64,000 nt of DNA, taken from assembly GCA_965222115.1 (NCBI GenBank), contig CBDCTJ010000007.1:512001-576000 (forward strand), read 5' to 3'. A program made the translations under genes and the position numbers. Positions 26,233 through 37,081 of this stretch are shown one piece after another. Under the pieces are notes generated by a model, which was not told where the DNA came from, ran no database searches, and worked only from the letters and a program-made list of their open reading frames with translations. The stretch is from Planctomycetota bacterium (GTDB lineage: Bacteria; Planctomycetota; PLA2; JAEUHO01). Each line of letters opens with the position of its first letter. Positions within the stretch are counted from its first letter, which is position 1.

Positions 26233-28847
26233 AGCGCGTTCTCCCGCTGTTGGTGGTGGTCCTTGCGCCGCTGTTCATGCTTCCAACCGTATGGAGCGAC
26301 CCGCTCTCCGCGGGCGAAGACGACGCGGTGTTCTTTCACCCGATTCGTGTCTTGGTGGGTGAATCGATTGCACGCGGTGAGTGGCCGATGGCCAATCCGC
26401 TAGAAGCCACAGGCAGCGCCCTGATGGGCGATCCACAGACGGCCGTGATGTATCCGCCCACGTGGCTGTTTGCGGTCATGGACGATATGCTTGCATATTC
26501 GATTTCGATTCTGCTCGCATTCGTGATTGCCGGGCTTGGCGCATATGCCTATTTGCGCCGACTCTCGCTGGTCTCGGTAGCAGCAACCGTGGGCGCGCTT
26601 GCATTCATGTTTGGCGGTTTCATGGTGGGCCACCGCGTACACCTGAGCATGATTCACACGGCGGCGTTCTTCCCGTGGGTCTTGTGGGGCATTGAAGGGC
26701 TACGCAATCCCCATCGACGTTTGCGATCGGCCTTCGCGCTCGCCATCACGTTCTTCTTGGCGATTGCCGCGGGGCATTGGCCCATCCTTGTGCACATGTC
26801 GCTGGCATGGGGCGTCTACTTCTTGGTACGCGCACGTCCACTCGTACCCGCGCTCGGTTACACGGCGGGCGCGGGAATCGTCGCGCTGGCATTGGCGGCG
26901 CCGCAACTCATGGCAAGCATGGATTTGCTGGAGCAGGCCACACGCAATCGTCTGGGCTATGCACTCGCGGGGGAGAACTCCTTTTTCCCCGCGGCACTCG
27001 TATTGCAACTCTTCCCGTTCCTTACAGGATCGCGCACGCCCAACTTCTTTGAACAGCCCTGGTGGGGCCCTGGGCATCTCTGCGAACAGTTGGGCTATGT
27101 CGGGCTGGTAACGCTTGTGCTCGCGGGTGCTACAGCCATGACGATTCGCCGCAAATCAAGCGCTGCCCATGCCTCACTCGTTCGCTGTTGGCTGTGGATG
27201 GGCATCGGTGCATTTCTGTTCATGCTTGGCTACTACCTTCCAACGTACCGCTTGATTCATGCGCTGCCGATCCTCGGCATTGTTCGCTGCCCCTCGCGCA
27301 TGGTGTTGGTGCTCACATTTGCATTGGCCACGCTTGCGGCTATCGGCGTTCACACCGCGATCGCACGCACGTCCCCCTTGGCAGAACGCATTCGTGAGCG
27401 AATACGGCGCTTTGTAAGCTTGTGGCTGCCCGCAACCATGGGACTTCTGGTCGCAACGCTCTTCGTATTGCCTTTGCTACTGCCCGATGCGTGGGCCAAG
27501 AACATGCCGTGGCCAATGACGGGCGGCGTGGATCACTTGCGAGGGGCGCTCTCACCCTCCAATCCGGCGCTGTGGGTTCCCCTTGTTCTCTGCGTGCTCA
27601 CCGCCGTTGCCGTGAGCCTGTGGAGCCGCGCGCCGACGAAACGCGCATGGATGATCGTTGCGATATTGCTGATGGACCTATTCATGATCACGCGCTTTGT
27701 GGATGTCCCCGCAAGCGACCACCCCACCTACAACCCGTCGGTGTCGTCTGCGGCAACATGGCTACGTGAGCAGGAACCGCCCCTCGGCACACACATCCTC
27801 AGTTTGACCGACACACGGCTGAAGCGCCCCGCCGAACGTGTGCTGCCCAAAGTGGCGCATGCGCTGGGTGTTTCCACCATCAACACCTACGGTCCCTTCC
27901 AATCCCCGGCCCACGCGCACTTATTCGAATTTCGCTTGTGGGGGGTGTCGCGTTCGTGGGCGTCGTTGCTGCGGCGCAATCATCTTCTGAGTCTCTATGG
28001 CGTGAAGTACATCATTGCGAGTGAACCGGAACACGTGGAGGTGTTGCGAAGCGTGAAGGTGATCAAAGATCCAAACGCAACGGCGCCGGGCCCGGAACTG
28101 CTCACGGCCTCATGGTCGTTTGCGAATGCGAAGCGAACGAATGACGTCATTGCGTTGGACGAGGCAAGTCCACTTTCGCCAGCCACTACCACGCAAACCG
28201 TCTCTCTAGAGCCGAACACACACTACCGCATGGCATTGGACGTGCGAGGTCCTGTGGACGGTGCCGCGCACTTCGTTCGCGCAGACTTTGTGGAGGACTT
28301 TGGTGGCGCCGCGCTTGGCTATGACGCCAATCCCTACGCACTGATGGCCTACGACGATCAAATCGGAACGTCGTGGCGTCATTTCGAATGGGACTTCACC
28401 ACACCGGCGGATGTGCCCGATCGATTGACATTTCGTGTGGCATCCATGGGCGAGCGGCCGATTGAACTTCGGCATATTTCCCTTCGTACGCACGCGCCCT
28501 ACACGCCACGCCTAAACGCGAAGCACGAACACAAAGGTCTGCGGGTCTACAAAGACGTTGCGTCCTTCGAACCCTTGCACCCAGGTGACCACGCGGTTCA
28601 CATCTTTGAAAATCAGCTGTTGGAAACAAACGCGTCGCGTCGCCACGTGCCCGCATCATCAGAAACCATCGAGGTACTTAAGTGGCGCCCCGGACCCTGG
28701 CTAGATGACGCCGCTCGACCACTTCCGTTCATTGGATTTCGCGTGCCGCCCGCGCCATGGGGCGCGTTCTATGGGGGCACCGTGCCTGCGCTTGTGTTGC
28801 TGCTGGTACTGGGTGCGTTCATCTACTGGAAACGCGCGGGAGAATAG
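26229..28847 (+). CDS. YfhO-like polytopic GT-C glycosyltransferase with extracytoplasmic carbohydrate-binding-like domain
   Basis: GEWPMANPLEATGSALMGDPQTAVMYPP, YVGLVTL, RCPSRM, LLSLYGVKYII; many TMs. Confidence 0.8.
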   Translation: MKRVLPLLVVVLAPLFMLPTVWSDPLSAGEDDAVFFHPIRVLVGESIARGEWPMANPLEATGSALMGDPQTAVMYPPTWLFAVMDDMLAYSISILLAFVIAGLGAYAYLRRLSLVSVAATVGALAFMFGGFMVGHRVHLSMIHTAAFFPWVLWGIEGLRNPHRRLRSAFALAITFFLAIAAGHWPILVHMSLAWGVYFLVRARPLVPALGYTAGAGIVALALAAPQLMASMDLLEQATRNRLGYALAGENSFFPAALVLQLFPFLTGSRTPNFFEQPWWGPGHLCEQLGYVGLVTLVLAGATAMTIRRKSSAAHASLVRCWLWMGIGAFLFMLGYYLPTYRLIHALPILGIVRCPSRMVLVLTFALATLAAIGVHTAIARTSPLAERIRERIRRFVSLWLPATMGLLVATLFVLPLLLPDAWAKNMPWPMTGGVDHLRGALSPSNPALWVPLVLCVLTAVAVSLWSRAPTKRAWMIVAILLMDLFMITRFVDVPASDHPTYNPSVSSAATWLREQEPPLGTHILSLTDTRLKRPAERVLPKVAHALGVSTINTYGPFQSPAHAHLFEFRLWGVSRSWASLLRRNHLLSLYGVKYIIASEPEHVEVLRSVKVIKDPNATAPGPELLTASWSFANAKRTNDVIALDEASPLSPATTTQTVSLEPNTHYRMALDVRGPVDGAAHFVRADFVEDFGGAALGYDANPYALMAYDDQIGTSWRHFEWDFTTPADVPDRLTFRVASMGERPIELRHISLRTHAPYTPRLNAKHEHKGLRVYKDVASFEPLHPGDHAVHIFENQLLETNASRRHVPASSETIEVLKWRPGPWLDDAARPLPFIGFRVPPAPWGAFYGGTVPALVLLLVLGAFIYWKRAGE

Positions 28848-28848
28848 T

Positions 28849-29730
28849 TCACGCGGGCCAGCGGATTTCAACCGAGCGTGGCGATTCACGTTCGAGGTCG
28901 TCGTCCTCAACCACAATCGGTAGTTCGGTAAACCCAACGTCTTTGCGATAGGCCGTAAGGAGATACTCCCCCTCCGGCAGCCCACGCAACCAGAACTCGC
29001 CCTGCTCCGTTGTTTCTTGTGTTGTGAGTTGGCGCGGCACATGACACGGCTGATCGGTGCGGCGAATGCTTATCAAAGACTCGATGGGGCTGCCGCTCGG
29101 GTCCACTGTGTGCCCATGAATGGTTGCGCCGCGTGCTGAAAGCAATACTTCAACTTCCGGTGCGGGTTCATCGGGCTTGACGAGAATGTCGCCTACCACA
29201 ACGGGCAAATACGGTCCGCCCCACGCCGTCACGATGTAGCGACCGGGCCGAATGCTCCACAAGAGAATGCGCGACTTCAACGTGGCGCCTACATCTTCGC
29301 AAACAATCTCGGGGCTGTGGATGCCATTGGCGGACACGCGTTTGAGCGTGTAGTGATACAGCGGCGGCGGCGGTGCGCTTGCTTCGGAACGAAAGACGAG
29401 CATCAGGCCTTGTGGACGTGCCAATCGAACACGCAATTGATCGGTGCCGGTGGGCACGGCCAGCACGCGCGCCTTCACTTGGCCAAGTGCAAATCGCAAG
29501 TCGTAGCGCCCCTGGGCCAAGCCGGTCAATTCAAAGCGACCATGGGCGTCGGTGAGTTCAGGGAGCAAATCCAAGTCGCCCCCACCCGTCGACGCCGCCT
29601 CGATGCGCACGCCCGGCAAGGGAACGTCTTTGGAGTCGGTGACGCGACCCGCAATTGTCCCGCCTTCCACGGACGGTGGGGTTGTCAGTTCATCGTCGTC
29701 CCAGGCACTCAACGCGAGGACTCCCTTCAA
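28849..29730 (-). CDS. Carboxypeptidase-regulatory-like (prealbumin-fold) repeat protein
   Basis: TIAGRVTDSKDVPLPGV, TDAHGRFELTGLAQGRY, GEFWLRGLPEGEY. Confidence 0.8.
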   Translation of the reverse strand: MKGVLALSAWDDDELTTPPSVEGGTIAGRVTDSKDVPLPGVRIEAASTGGGDLDLLPELTDAHGRFELTGLAQGRYDLRFALGQVKARVLAVPTGTDQLRVRLARPQGLMLVFRSEASAPPPPLYHYTLKRVSANGIHSPEIVCEDVGATLKSRILLWSIRPGRYIVTAWGGPYLPVVVGDILVKPDEPAPEVEVLLSARGATIHGHTVDPSGSPIESLISIRRTDQPCHVPRQLTTQETTEQGEFWLRGLPEGEYLLTAYRKDVGFTELPIVVEDDDLERESPRSVEIRWPA

Positions 29731-29852
29731 GGCGCGTACCTTACCTATATCAACTAGCGGAGTCCCATCGGACGGGTATCGTTCCGGACGACTTTCAATC
29801 TGCTGTTGAATAGGTTTGCCGCGCCCAATCGCGCGTATGTAGGAAACGAATT

Positions 29853-31373
<1,521 letters not shown>

Positions 31374-31416
31374 CACGAAGGGCTGTACCGCAGCCAAAGC
31401 ATGGAATGAGTGAAGG

Positions 31417-32415
31417 ATGTTTCTTCCGCTAAAGATTCTCCATCCGTACCAGCGCATTCACTATGCGACCTACGCGCTGATTGCACTCAATGTGCTCGTC
31501 TTCGCGCTCACGGTCAGTGATCTCGAATACGCGATTACCCACTACGGACTCTCCAAGCGATCGTTTTCGTTGCCCAGCCTAGTGACGTCGGCCTTTCTTC
31601 ACGCCGACATGTTTCACTTGCTGGGGAACATGATCATTTTGGTCGTGTACGGACGTTATGTCGAAGAACGACTTGGCCCCGCGCGATTTGTAGGCACGTA
31701 CGTGGCCTTTGGCGTGGTGGCGAACATCTTCTTTGTGGCATTTACAAGCGGAACGGGCGTTGGGGCCTCGGGATGCATCTCGGGACTCCTAGGATTCGTC
31801 CTTATCGGGGCACCGTGGGTTGTGGTTCACGTCCTGTTCCTGTTCTTCGTTCCCTTTGTGTTCCCGCGTTTTGACATAGAAGCATTCTGGGTCGTAGGGC
31901 TTTGGCTACTCCTCGAACTCGTTGGCGCACTGAGCGCGGGAGGCAATAGCCGCATTGCTTACGCCGCGCACTTTGGTGGCTTCATTGCCGGCGGCGCACT
32001 TGCCGCATTCATGCGAAGCCCACGTTGTGAAGGTACCGATTGGTGGCTCGATCCGTCGCCACCGGGGGGTGGTCCGGAAGCATCCAAGCGACTGCGGCGC
32101 GCGCGGGGGGCGGCTGCACGGCCCGGAAAACACAACGCACCACGCAAGCACCCGCCCGCCGAGGTTGTTTTTAACGCCGTACACCGCTGTCAGTCCAGGG
32201 TCGCCGTCATTAAATTGCTCATCCGCACACACGACATCGATCCCGAAGTCGCCCACGCGCAACTCAAGGATGTGGAGCGCGGCGTGGCGCTTCGAGTTCC
32301 ATTCGACGCGGTGGACGCGGCGGAGGCGTTTCACGCACAGGCTGTTGCGTTGGGTGTCAATGCCGACTTGACGCTCTTTGCCACGGCAAGACCGCGTTAC
32401 GGGCGCCTGCCTTAA
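31417..32415 (+). CDS. Rhomboid intramembrane serine protease with soluble C-terminal domain
   Basis: FLHADMFHLLGNM, GASG (Ser), AHFGG (His). Confidence 0.92.
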   Translation: MFLPLKILHPYQRIHYATYALIALNVLVFALTVSDLEYAITHYGLSKRSFSLPSLVTSAFLHADMFHLLGNMIILVVYGRYVEERLGPARFVGTYVAFGVVANIFFVAFTSGTGVGASGCISGLLGFVLIGAPWVVVHVLFLFFVPFVFPRFDIEAFWVVGLWLLLELVGALSAGGNSRIAYAAHFGGFIAGGALAAFMRSPRCEGTDWWLDPSPPGGGPEASKRLRRARGAAARPGKHNAPRKHPPAEVVFNAVHRCQSRVAVIKLLIRTHDIDPEVAHAQLKDVERGVALRVPFDAVDAAEAFHAQAVALGVNADLTLFATARPRYGRLP

Positions 32416-32553
32416 CGAACCGAGCAATCACTCGCCATGTCAATGTGAGCGCCGCGCTCATCGGCGTTTGAGATCGTCGAGCGTCGCTTATGCTACGTTG
32501 CGTGAGTTCGCGCGCACGAACAACGTGCATGAAGTGCAATTCTTGGAGATGCC

Positions 32554-33531
32554 ATGAGCGATCAAAAGTTTTCCCTGAAGAACCAAAAGGGCGAAGTCAC
32601 GGTAGACATCAATGGCGTTGCCGCCAACTTGCGCCTGGGCGGCTTTGGGGCCGAAGGTGACATTGTACTCGTATCCGAAGACGGCAAGAGCAACGTCCAC
32701 ATTGATGGCGGCGATGGCAATATCACACTTGGTGGTGGTGGCGGAAATGCCGACATCGTTTTGAAGGATGATGACGGTTCCACGCGCATGCACCTAGACG
32801 GCGGCAACGGCAACATCACCGCGGGCGGTAGCGGCGCGGAAGGTGACATTGAGCTGCGCGATGAGAAGGGCGGTACCACCGTCCACATAGACGGCGGTGA
32901 CGCAAATCTTGAGATGGGTGACAACGGTCACAATGGCGACATTCGCCTCAAGAACGATACCGGCCAAGTCACCGTGCGCATCGATGGCGGCTCGGGCAAC
33001 TTGACCTTGGGCGGCGGCGGTAGCCAAGGCGATTTGTCGTTGGGTGGCGTCGATGGATTCCAAACCGTTCACCTCGATGGCGGCGACGGCAACATGACGC
33101 TGGGCGGTGGCGGCACGCAGGGAGACATTGCGCTGCGCGATGAAGAAGGCAAGCAAACCATTCACATCGACGGTGGCGATGGCAACATCAACTTAGGCGG
33201 CAACGGCCACGACGGCGACGCACGCCTTACCGACGCCAGTGGAAAGCTTACGATTCACCTAAACGGTCAAGATGGCTCCATTACGGCCGCCAACGTGTCG
33301 GGCGCGGACCATGTATTCGCCGACGACTACGCACTCGATTCCCTTGAACAGGTCGAAGCCCATATCCGTGCCCATAAACACCTCCCCGGTGTTGCCTCGG
33401 CCACTGACATGGCAGGTGGCGTAGATCTTGTAGCGTTCTCCATGACGTTGTTGGCCAAAGTTGAAGAGCTGACGCTTCACACTATTGCGCAGGAAAAGCG
33501 TATTCGCGCGCTTGAGTTGGTGCGCGGCTAG
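32554..33531 (+). CDS. Gly-rich 31-aa repeat fibre-like protein with C-terminal tail-fibre chaperone-like/coiled-coil domain
   Basis: About 8 exact-period repeats, then DHVFADDYALDSLEQVEAHIRAHKHLPGVASA...LLAKVEELTLHTIAQEKRIRALE; GGAG RBS. Confidence 0.8.
   Translation: MSDQKFSLKNQKGEVTVDINGVAANLRLGGFGAEGDIVLVSEDGKSNVHIDGGDGNITLGGGGGNADIVLKDDDGSTRMHLDGGNGNITAGGSGAEGDIELRDEKGGTTVHIDGGDANLEMGDNGHNGDIRLKNDTGQVTVRIDGGSGNLTLGGGGSQGDLSLGGVDGFQTVHLDGGDGNMTLGGGGTQGDIALRDEEGKQTIHIDGGDGNINLGGNGHDGDARLTDASGKLTIHLNGQDGSITAANVSGADHVFADDYALDSLEQVEAHIRAHKHLPGVASATDMAGGVDLVAFSMTLLAKVEELTLHTIAQEKRIRALELVRG
32566..33288 (+). repeat. 93-bp/31-aa tandem repeat, ~8 copies
   Basis: Conserved Asp at aa 36, 67, 98, 129, 160, 191, 222; consensus DIxLxDxxGxxTVHIDGGxGNIxLGGxGxxG. 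Confidence 0.9.
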
Positions 33532-33569
33532 CACGTGCTCACAACCAACGCGCAATCTAAGGTCCGCCT

Positions 33570-33788
33570 ATGAAACGTGTCATCGGCGGACTCCTCTTTG
33601 TCCACATCCTCTTGGTCATTGTGGCTATCGCCTCCATGTGCATGACCCAGCGGCACCCGCTCATCGCCGATATCCACAACAACTTAATCGATGGCTACGA
33701 AGCCATTGGCTTCGGCATGTTCGCTGTGGGCATGGGAATCGTGACCGCTGTACTCGGCGGACTTTGGTTGTGGGTGCGACGGCAGTAA
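33570..33788 (+). CDS. Small two-TM hypothetical protein
   Basis: 72 aa with two hydrophobic segments; fills the gap co-directionally. Confidence 0.6.
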   Translation: MKRVIGGLLFVHILLVIVAIASMCMTQRHPLIADIHNNLIDGYEAIGFGMFAVGMGIVTAVLGGLWLWVRRQ

Positions 33789-33798
33789 GCGGATCAAC

Positions 33799-34164
33799 AT
33801 GAACGAAAGCGACTTCTGGTCACACCTGGAATACAGGGTCACGCGGGAGATGGCCGGTAGTGAGGAATGTCGTCGTCTCGGCCTCTGGTGTGACGGGATG
33901 TGGGGACGATGGTATTGGCCCCAGAAGAATCCGCCACGCGTCGATGCGTCCGCAGTCATCTGTAGCAGAAATGTGCAAGAGACATGGGACGCAACGTTGT
34001 TTCTGACTGCCCAGTACGAACATACAGAAGAAATTAACTGGGCAAATCAGCTACCGCTTGCAGGCGCTACCGGCTGGCTGGCGATCGATGCGGAATGCAA
34101 GCGGCTTCACATGCGACCGTCAAACGGGAAAGAGCGTGTTGATTCGTCTACCGCTCAATCTTGA
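33799..34164 (+). CDS. Hypothetical Trp-rich protein
   Basis: 121 aa (FWSHLEYRVTREM, LWCDG, INW..LP...TGWL); starts 10 bp after upstream ORF. Confidence 0.65.
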   Translation: MNESDFWSHLEYRVTREMAGSEECRRLGLWCDGMWGRWYWPQKNPPRVDASAVICSRNVQETWDATLFLTAQYEHTEEINWANQLPLAGATGWLAIDAECKRLHMRPSNGKERVDSSTAQS

Positions 34165-34951
34165 ACAACTTCTTCAGCGTCTTTTTGTTGGTGCGTGCGG
34201 TCTCGATCCACGCTTCGGCGGTGAGAATCTCTTGGCCGGTCAATCGATTGAGGGCACGGACCACGGCGGCTTCGGCCTGTTTCCAGTTGGCGGCAAACGC
34301 TATGCTGGAGGATTTGGCGCCCTTCTTTGGTGCGCCGGGCCGACGCTGCAGACGAGATATCAAGACCTCAAGCACGTGAACCCGCTTGGCAGAAAATGTG
34401 AAGTACCCCATAGCGGAGGCGGTGCGTTCCACCACCTGCGGATTGACGGAGGTCATCACCAACTGTTCGAGCTGTCGAATGGCTCCGTCCGGCGCCAATC
34501 TGCCCACGGCGTCGATGGCCGCAAGTGCAACGGGCCCGGACGTCTTGTCTTTGGGCGAAGGAAGTGAACCTTTGAGTTCGCGAAAGCCACCCTTGAGGTC
34601 ATTGAGCGCGCCGAGCGCTTCCGCGGCCCGCATGCGGACGTCCGTGCCGACCGATTCGGTCTTCAGGACTTTGCCAAGTGCACGCTGAATGGCCTTCTGG
34701 GTAACGCCCTTCTTCGTCTTGTTGTGGGCCTTTGAAATCTTGGTAATAGCGCGCCGTAACGTGGCTTTGTGGGATTCGCCCACCTTTTTGGCCTTTCGCG
34801 CAGCTTCCATGGCTTCGATGTCGCGCATGACGTCGTCGTGAATGGCAGCTTCAACCGGATTGGCGCGCGCGGTAGACGCCAGCGACACACACGCGATTGC
34901 CACAAGGCACGCGCGCACGATCGCTACGTGGTTGAGACGTCGAAGGATCAC
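34148..34951 (-). CDS. Secreted HEAT-repeat-like protein
   Basis: GTG start just after the upstream stop; signal peptide ending ARA; VRMRAAEALGAL, AAIDAVGRL, ALNRLTGQ. Confidence 0.75.
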   Translation of the reverse strand: MILRRLNHVAIVRACLVAIACVSLASTARANPVEAAIHDDVMRDIEAMEAARKAKKVGESHKATLRRAITKISKAHNKTKKGVTQKAIQRALGKVLKTESVGTDVRMRAAEALGALNDLKGGFRELKGSLPSPKDKTSGPVALAAIDAVGRLAPDGAIRQLEQLVMTSVNPQVVERTASAMGYFTFSAKRVHVLEVLISRLQRRPGAPKKGAKSSSIAFAANWKQAEAAVVRALNRLTGQEILTAEAWIETARTNKKTLKKLFKIER

Positions 34952-34955
34952 AGGA

Positions 34956-36074
34956 CTATTCGGGTTCGTCCTTTTTGGGTTCGCCCTTCTTCGGATCTTC
35001 CTTTGGTGCGTCCTTCTTGGGTTCATCCTTCTTCGTTTCGTCGCCTTTATCCTTGTCGTCTTCCTTCTTCTCGTTCACCGGCTTGTCGCCGTCGTCCTTC
35101 TTCTTGTCGGCGTCGTCGCCATTCCCCGTTTCGCCGTCTTCATCGTCCCCGTCATGATCGTCAGACGCCGCTTTGGCGGCCTCCTCGGCTTCCTTGGCCG
35201 CTTCTTCGGCCTCGGCGTCGGCTTCCAGGGCCTCTTCCAACGCGCGCTGCGATTCGCGCAACGAACGCTTAATGGTGGCCTTTACGACGCCAAGGGGCAG
35301 CAGGCACATCTGCGTACTCGTGGAGTTGCCCGCACCTTCTTGTTGCGACGCCACGCCCACAAGCGCGCCCTCGGCAGTAAAGAGTGGATCGCCGGCAAAG
35401 CCCGCTGCCGCGCCACGAAGTAACCACATGTCCCGCGGCGTCTTAACCTTGCCCACCAATCGCACGGAATCGCAATATGGCGCATAGTCAAAGCCTTCAT
35501 CCAGGCGACCCACGCCGTAAATCGTCGAACCAATCTGCGGCTTCTCCGCATCATCAAAGGACACAGGCGTGAGCGAAGTGTCTTCGGTCGACTTTAGCAA
35601 CACGAAGGCAAGCCCCAATCGACTATCTTGCGCCCCGAGAATGGCCGGATGCTCCTTGTCACTGCCCGGAAAAATCACTCGAATCTTTGAAGGCTCGCCC
35701 GTGATGCGCACGTTGGGCGCGTTTCGCACACGAATCATATGTTTGGCGCTCATGGCGTTAATGGGGACCATCACAAGCCCCTCTTCGTGAACGACAGTGC
35801 CCGTGACCGCACGGTTCAGTTCCACTTCTTGCGGGCCACGTCGACTCGTAAAGCGCGCATTCATGACGTACTTAATGGCCACAACGGAACCGGACAGTCG
35901 CTCAATGAGCTTGTCATGCGGTGTGGCCGACGTGGATTCGGGCGCACTCTTGGTTGGCGTTGTGGGCTCGTCCTTGGCCAAAAGGAGTGCCCCAGATCCA
36001 ACAAAGACCGCCAGCACCGCCAGCGGAAACGTCGCCCACAGAAAACGTTGGGCGGCTCGACCTTCAAAACTCAT
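34956..36074 (-). CDS. Trypsin-like protease homologue lacking the catalytic triad, with charged low-complexity tail
   Basis: GAAGGAG RBS; N-terminal TM; SVVAI, GTVVHEEGLVM, GFAGDPLFTAEGALVGV; KKDEP-like tail. Confidence 0.75.
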   Translation of the reverse strand: MSFEGRAAQRFLWATFPLAVLAVFVGSGALLLAKDEPTTPTKSAPESTSATPHDKLIERLSGSVVAIKYVMNARFTSRRGPQEVELNRAVTGTVVHEEGLVMVPINAMSAKHMIRVRNAPNVRITGEPSKIRVIFPGSDKEHPAILGAQDSRLGLAFVLLKSTEDTSLTPVSFDDAEKPQIGSTIYGVGRLDEGFDYAPYCDSVRLVGKVKTPRDMWLLRGAAAGFAGDPLFTAEGALVGVASQQEGAGNSTSTQMCLLPLGVVKATIKRSLRESQRALEEALEADAEAEEAAKEAEEAAKAASDDHDGDDEDGETGNGDDADKKKDDGDKPVNEKKEDDKDKGDETKKDEPKKDAPKEDPKKGEPKKDEPE

Positions 36075-36226
36075 GGCAACTCCTTCGCAGGATGACGACG
36101 ATTGGGCGTGTTCTCTACTCCCACGGGCCCACGATGCAGTGTACGAATAGCAACAGCCCGTGCGCACTTCCGAAACGTCAATCCGGCGTACGGTGCAGCA
36201 CGGGGACCAAAGAAAGCAATCGTTTC

Positions 36227-37030
36227 ATGCGCGCTTCCCGCAAAACCGCCCTCGTCGTCGCTGGCTCCGATCCCACCGGTGGTGCGGGCGCACAGGCCGA
36301 CTTGCTCACGTTTGCCGCGCATGGTATCCAGGCACGAGCCGTACTCACGGCCGCAACCGTGCAAGACGAGCATGGTGTCAAACGCGTGGGGCCCCTTCCG
36401 GGTGACCACGTAAGCGAACAACTCGCTTCGTCGCTTTCGATTGGTGCGCCCGACGTCATCAAGGTTGGCATGCTTACGCGATTGGCCACGGTCGAGTCGC
36501 TGGTCTCGGCACTGGACGACCTCCCGAATGTGCCCGTGGTGCTGGATCCCGTGCTGCACGCGACGGCGGGTGGCGAGTTGCTCGAACCCCGCGGCATTCA
36601 GTGTGTACGCGAAACGCTCATTCCGCGCGCCACGGTCACCACGCCCAATGCAACGGAACTCGCCCGCCTCTTGGGTCGCCAATCGTTGGGCGATGACGAC
36701 GTCGAACCGGCCGCACGATCGCTCGCCAAAGAGAGCGGCCGCGCCATTTTGGTGACGGGCGGTCATCACGGCGCACCCCATGAATCGACTGACGTGCTTG
36801 CTCGGCCCGATGGCAACGTGCAGTACATATCGCACCCCCGCCTGTCCACGGGTGTCATTCATGGCACGGGATGCGCACTATCTTCCTCGATCGCCGCGCG
36901 GCTTGCCCTCGGCGAGACGTTGGATGACGCAATCCGACTCGCCGCTGATCATGTGTGGCGATTGATCGAGAAAGCGCACGAACAAGAGCAGTGGATTTTG
37001 CCGCTTTTGCATCCGGCGCTAGAAGCCTAA
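36227..37030 (+). CDS. thiD: Hydroxymethylpyrimidine/phosphomethylpyrimidine kinase
   Basis: AGSDPTGGAGAQADL, KVGML, VLDPVL, TPNATE, HGTGCALSS. Confidence 0.93.
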   Translation: MRASRKTALVVAGSDPTGGAGAQADLLTFAAHGIQARAVLTAATVQDEHGVKRVGPLPGDHVSEQLASSLSIGAPDVIKVGMLTRLATVESLVSALDDLPNVPVVLDPVLHATAGGELLEPRGIQCVRETLIPRATVTTPNATELARLLGRQSLGDDDVEPAARSLAKESGRAILVTGGHHGAPHESTDVLARPDGNVQYISHPRLSTGVIHGTGCALSSSIAARLALGETLDDAIRLAADHVWRLIEKAHEQEQWILPLLHPALEA

Positions 37031-37081
37031 GCGCCACTTTCGTATGGTGGGGACGAACGGAGTTGTGGCCGGAGGGCCGTC

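Noticed and set aside
32566-33288. 93-bp periodic DNA as a CRISPR or non-coding array
   Set aside because: Conservation is at protein level within one ORF.
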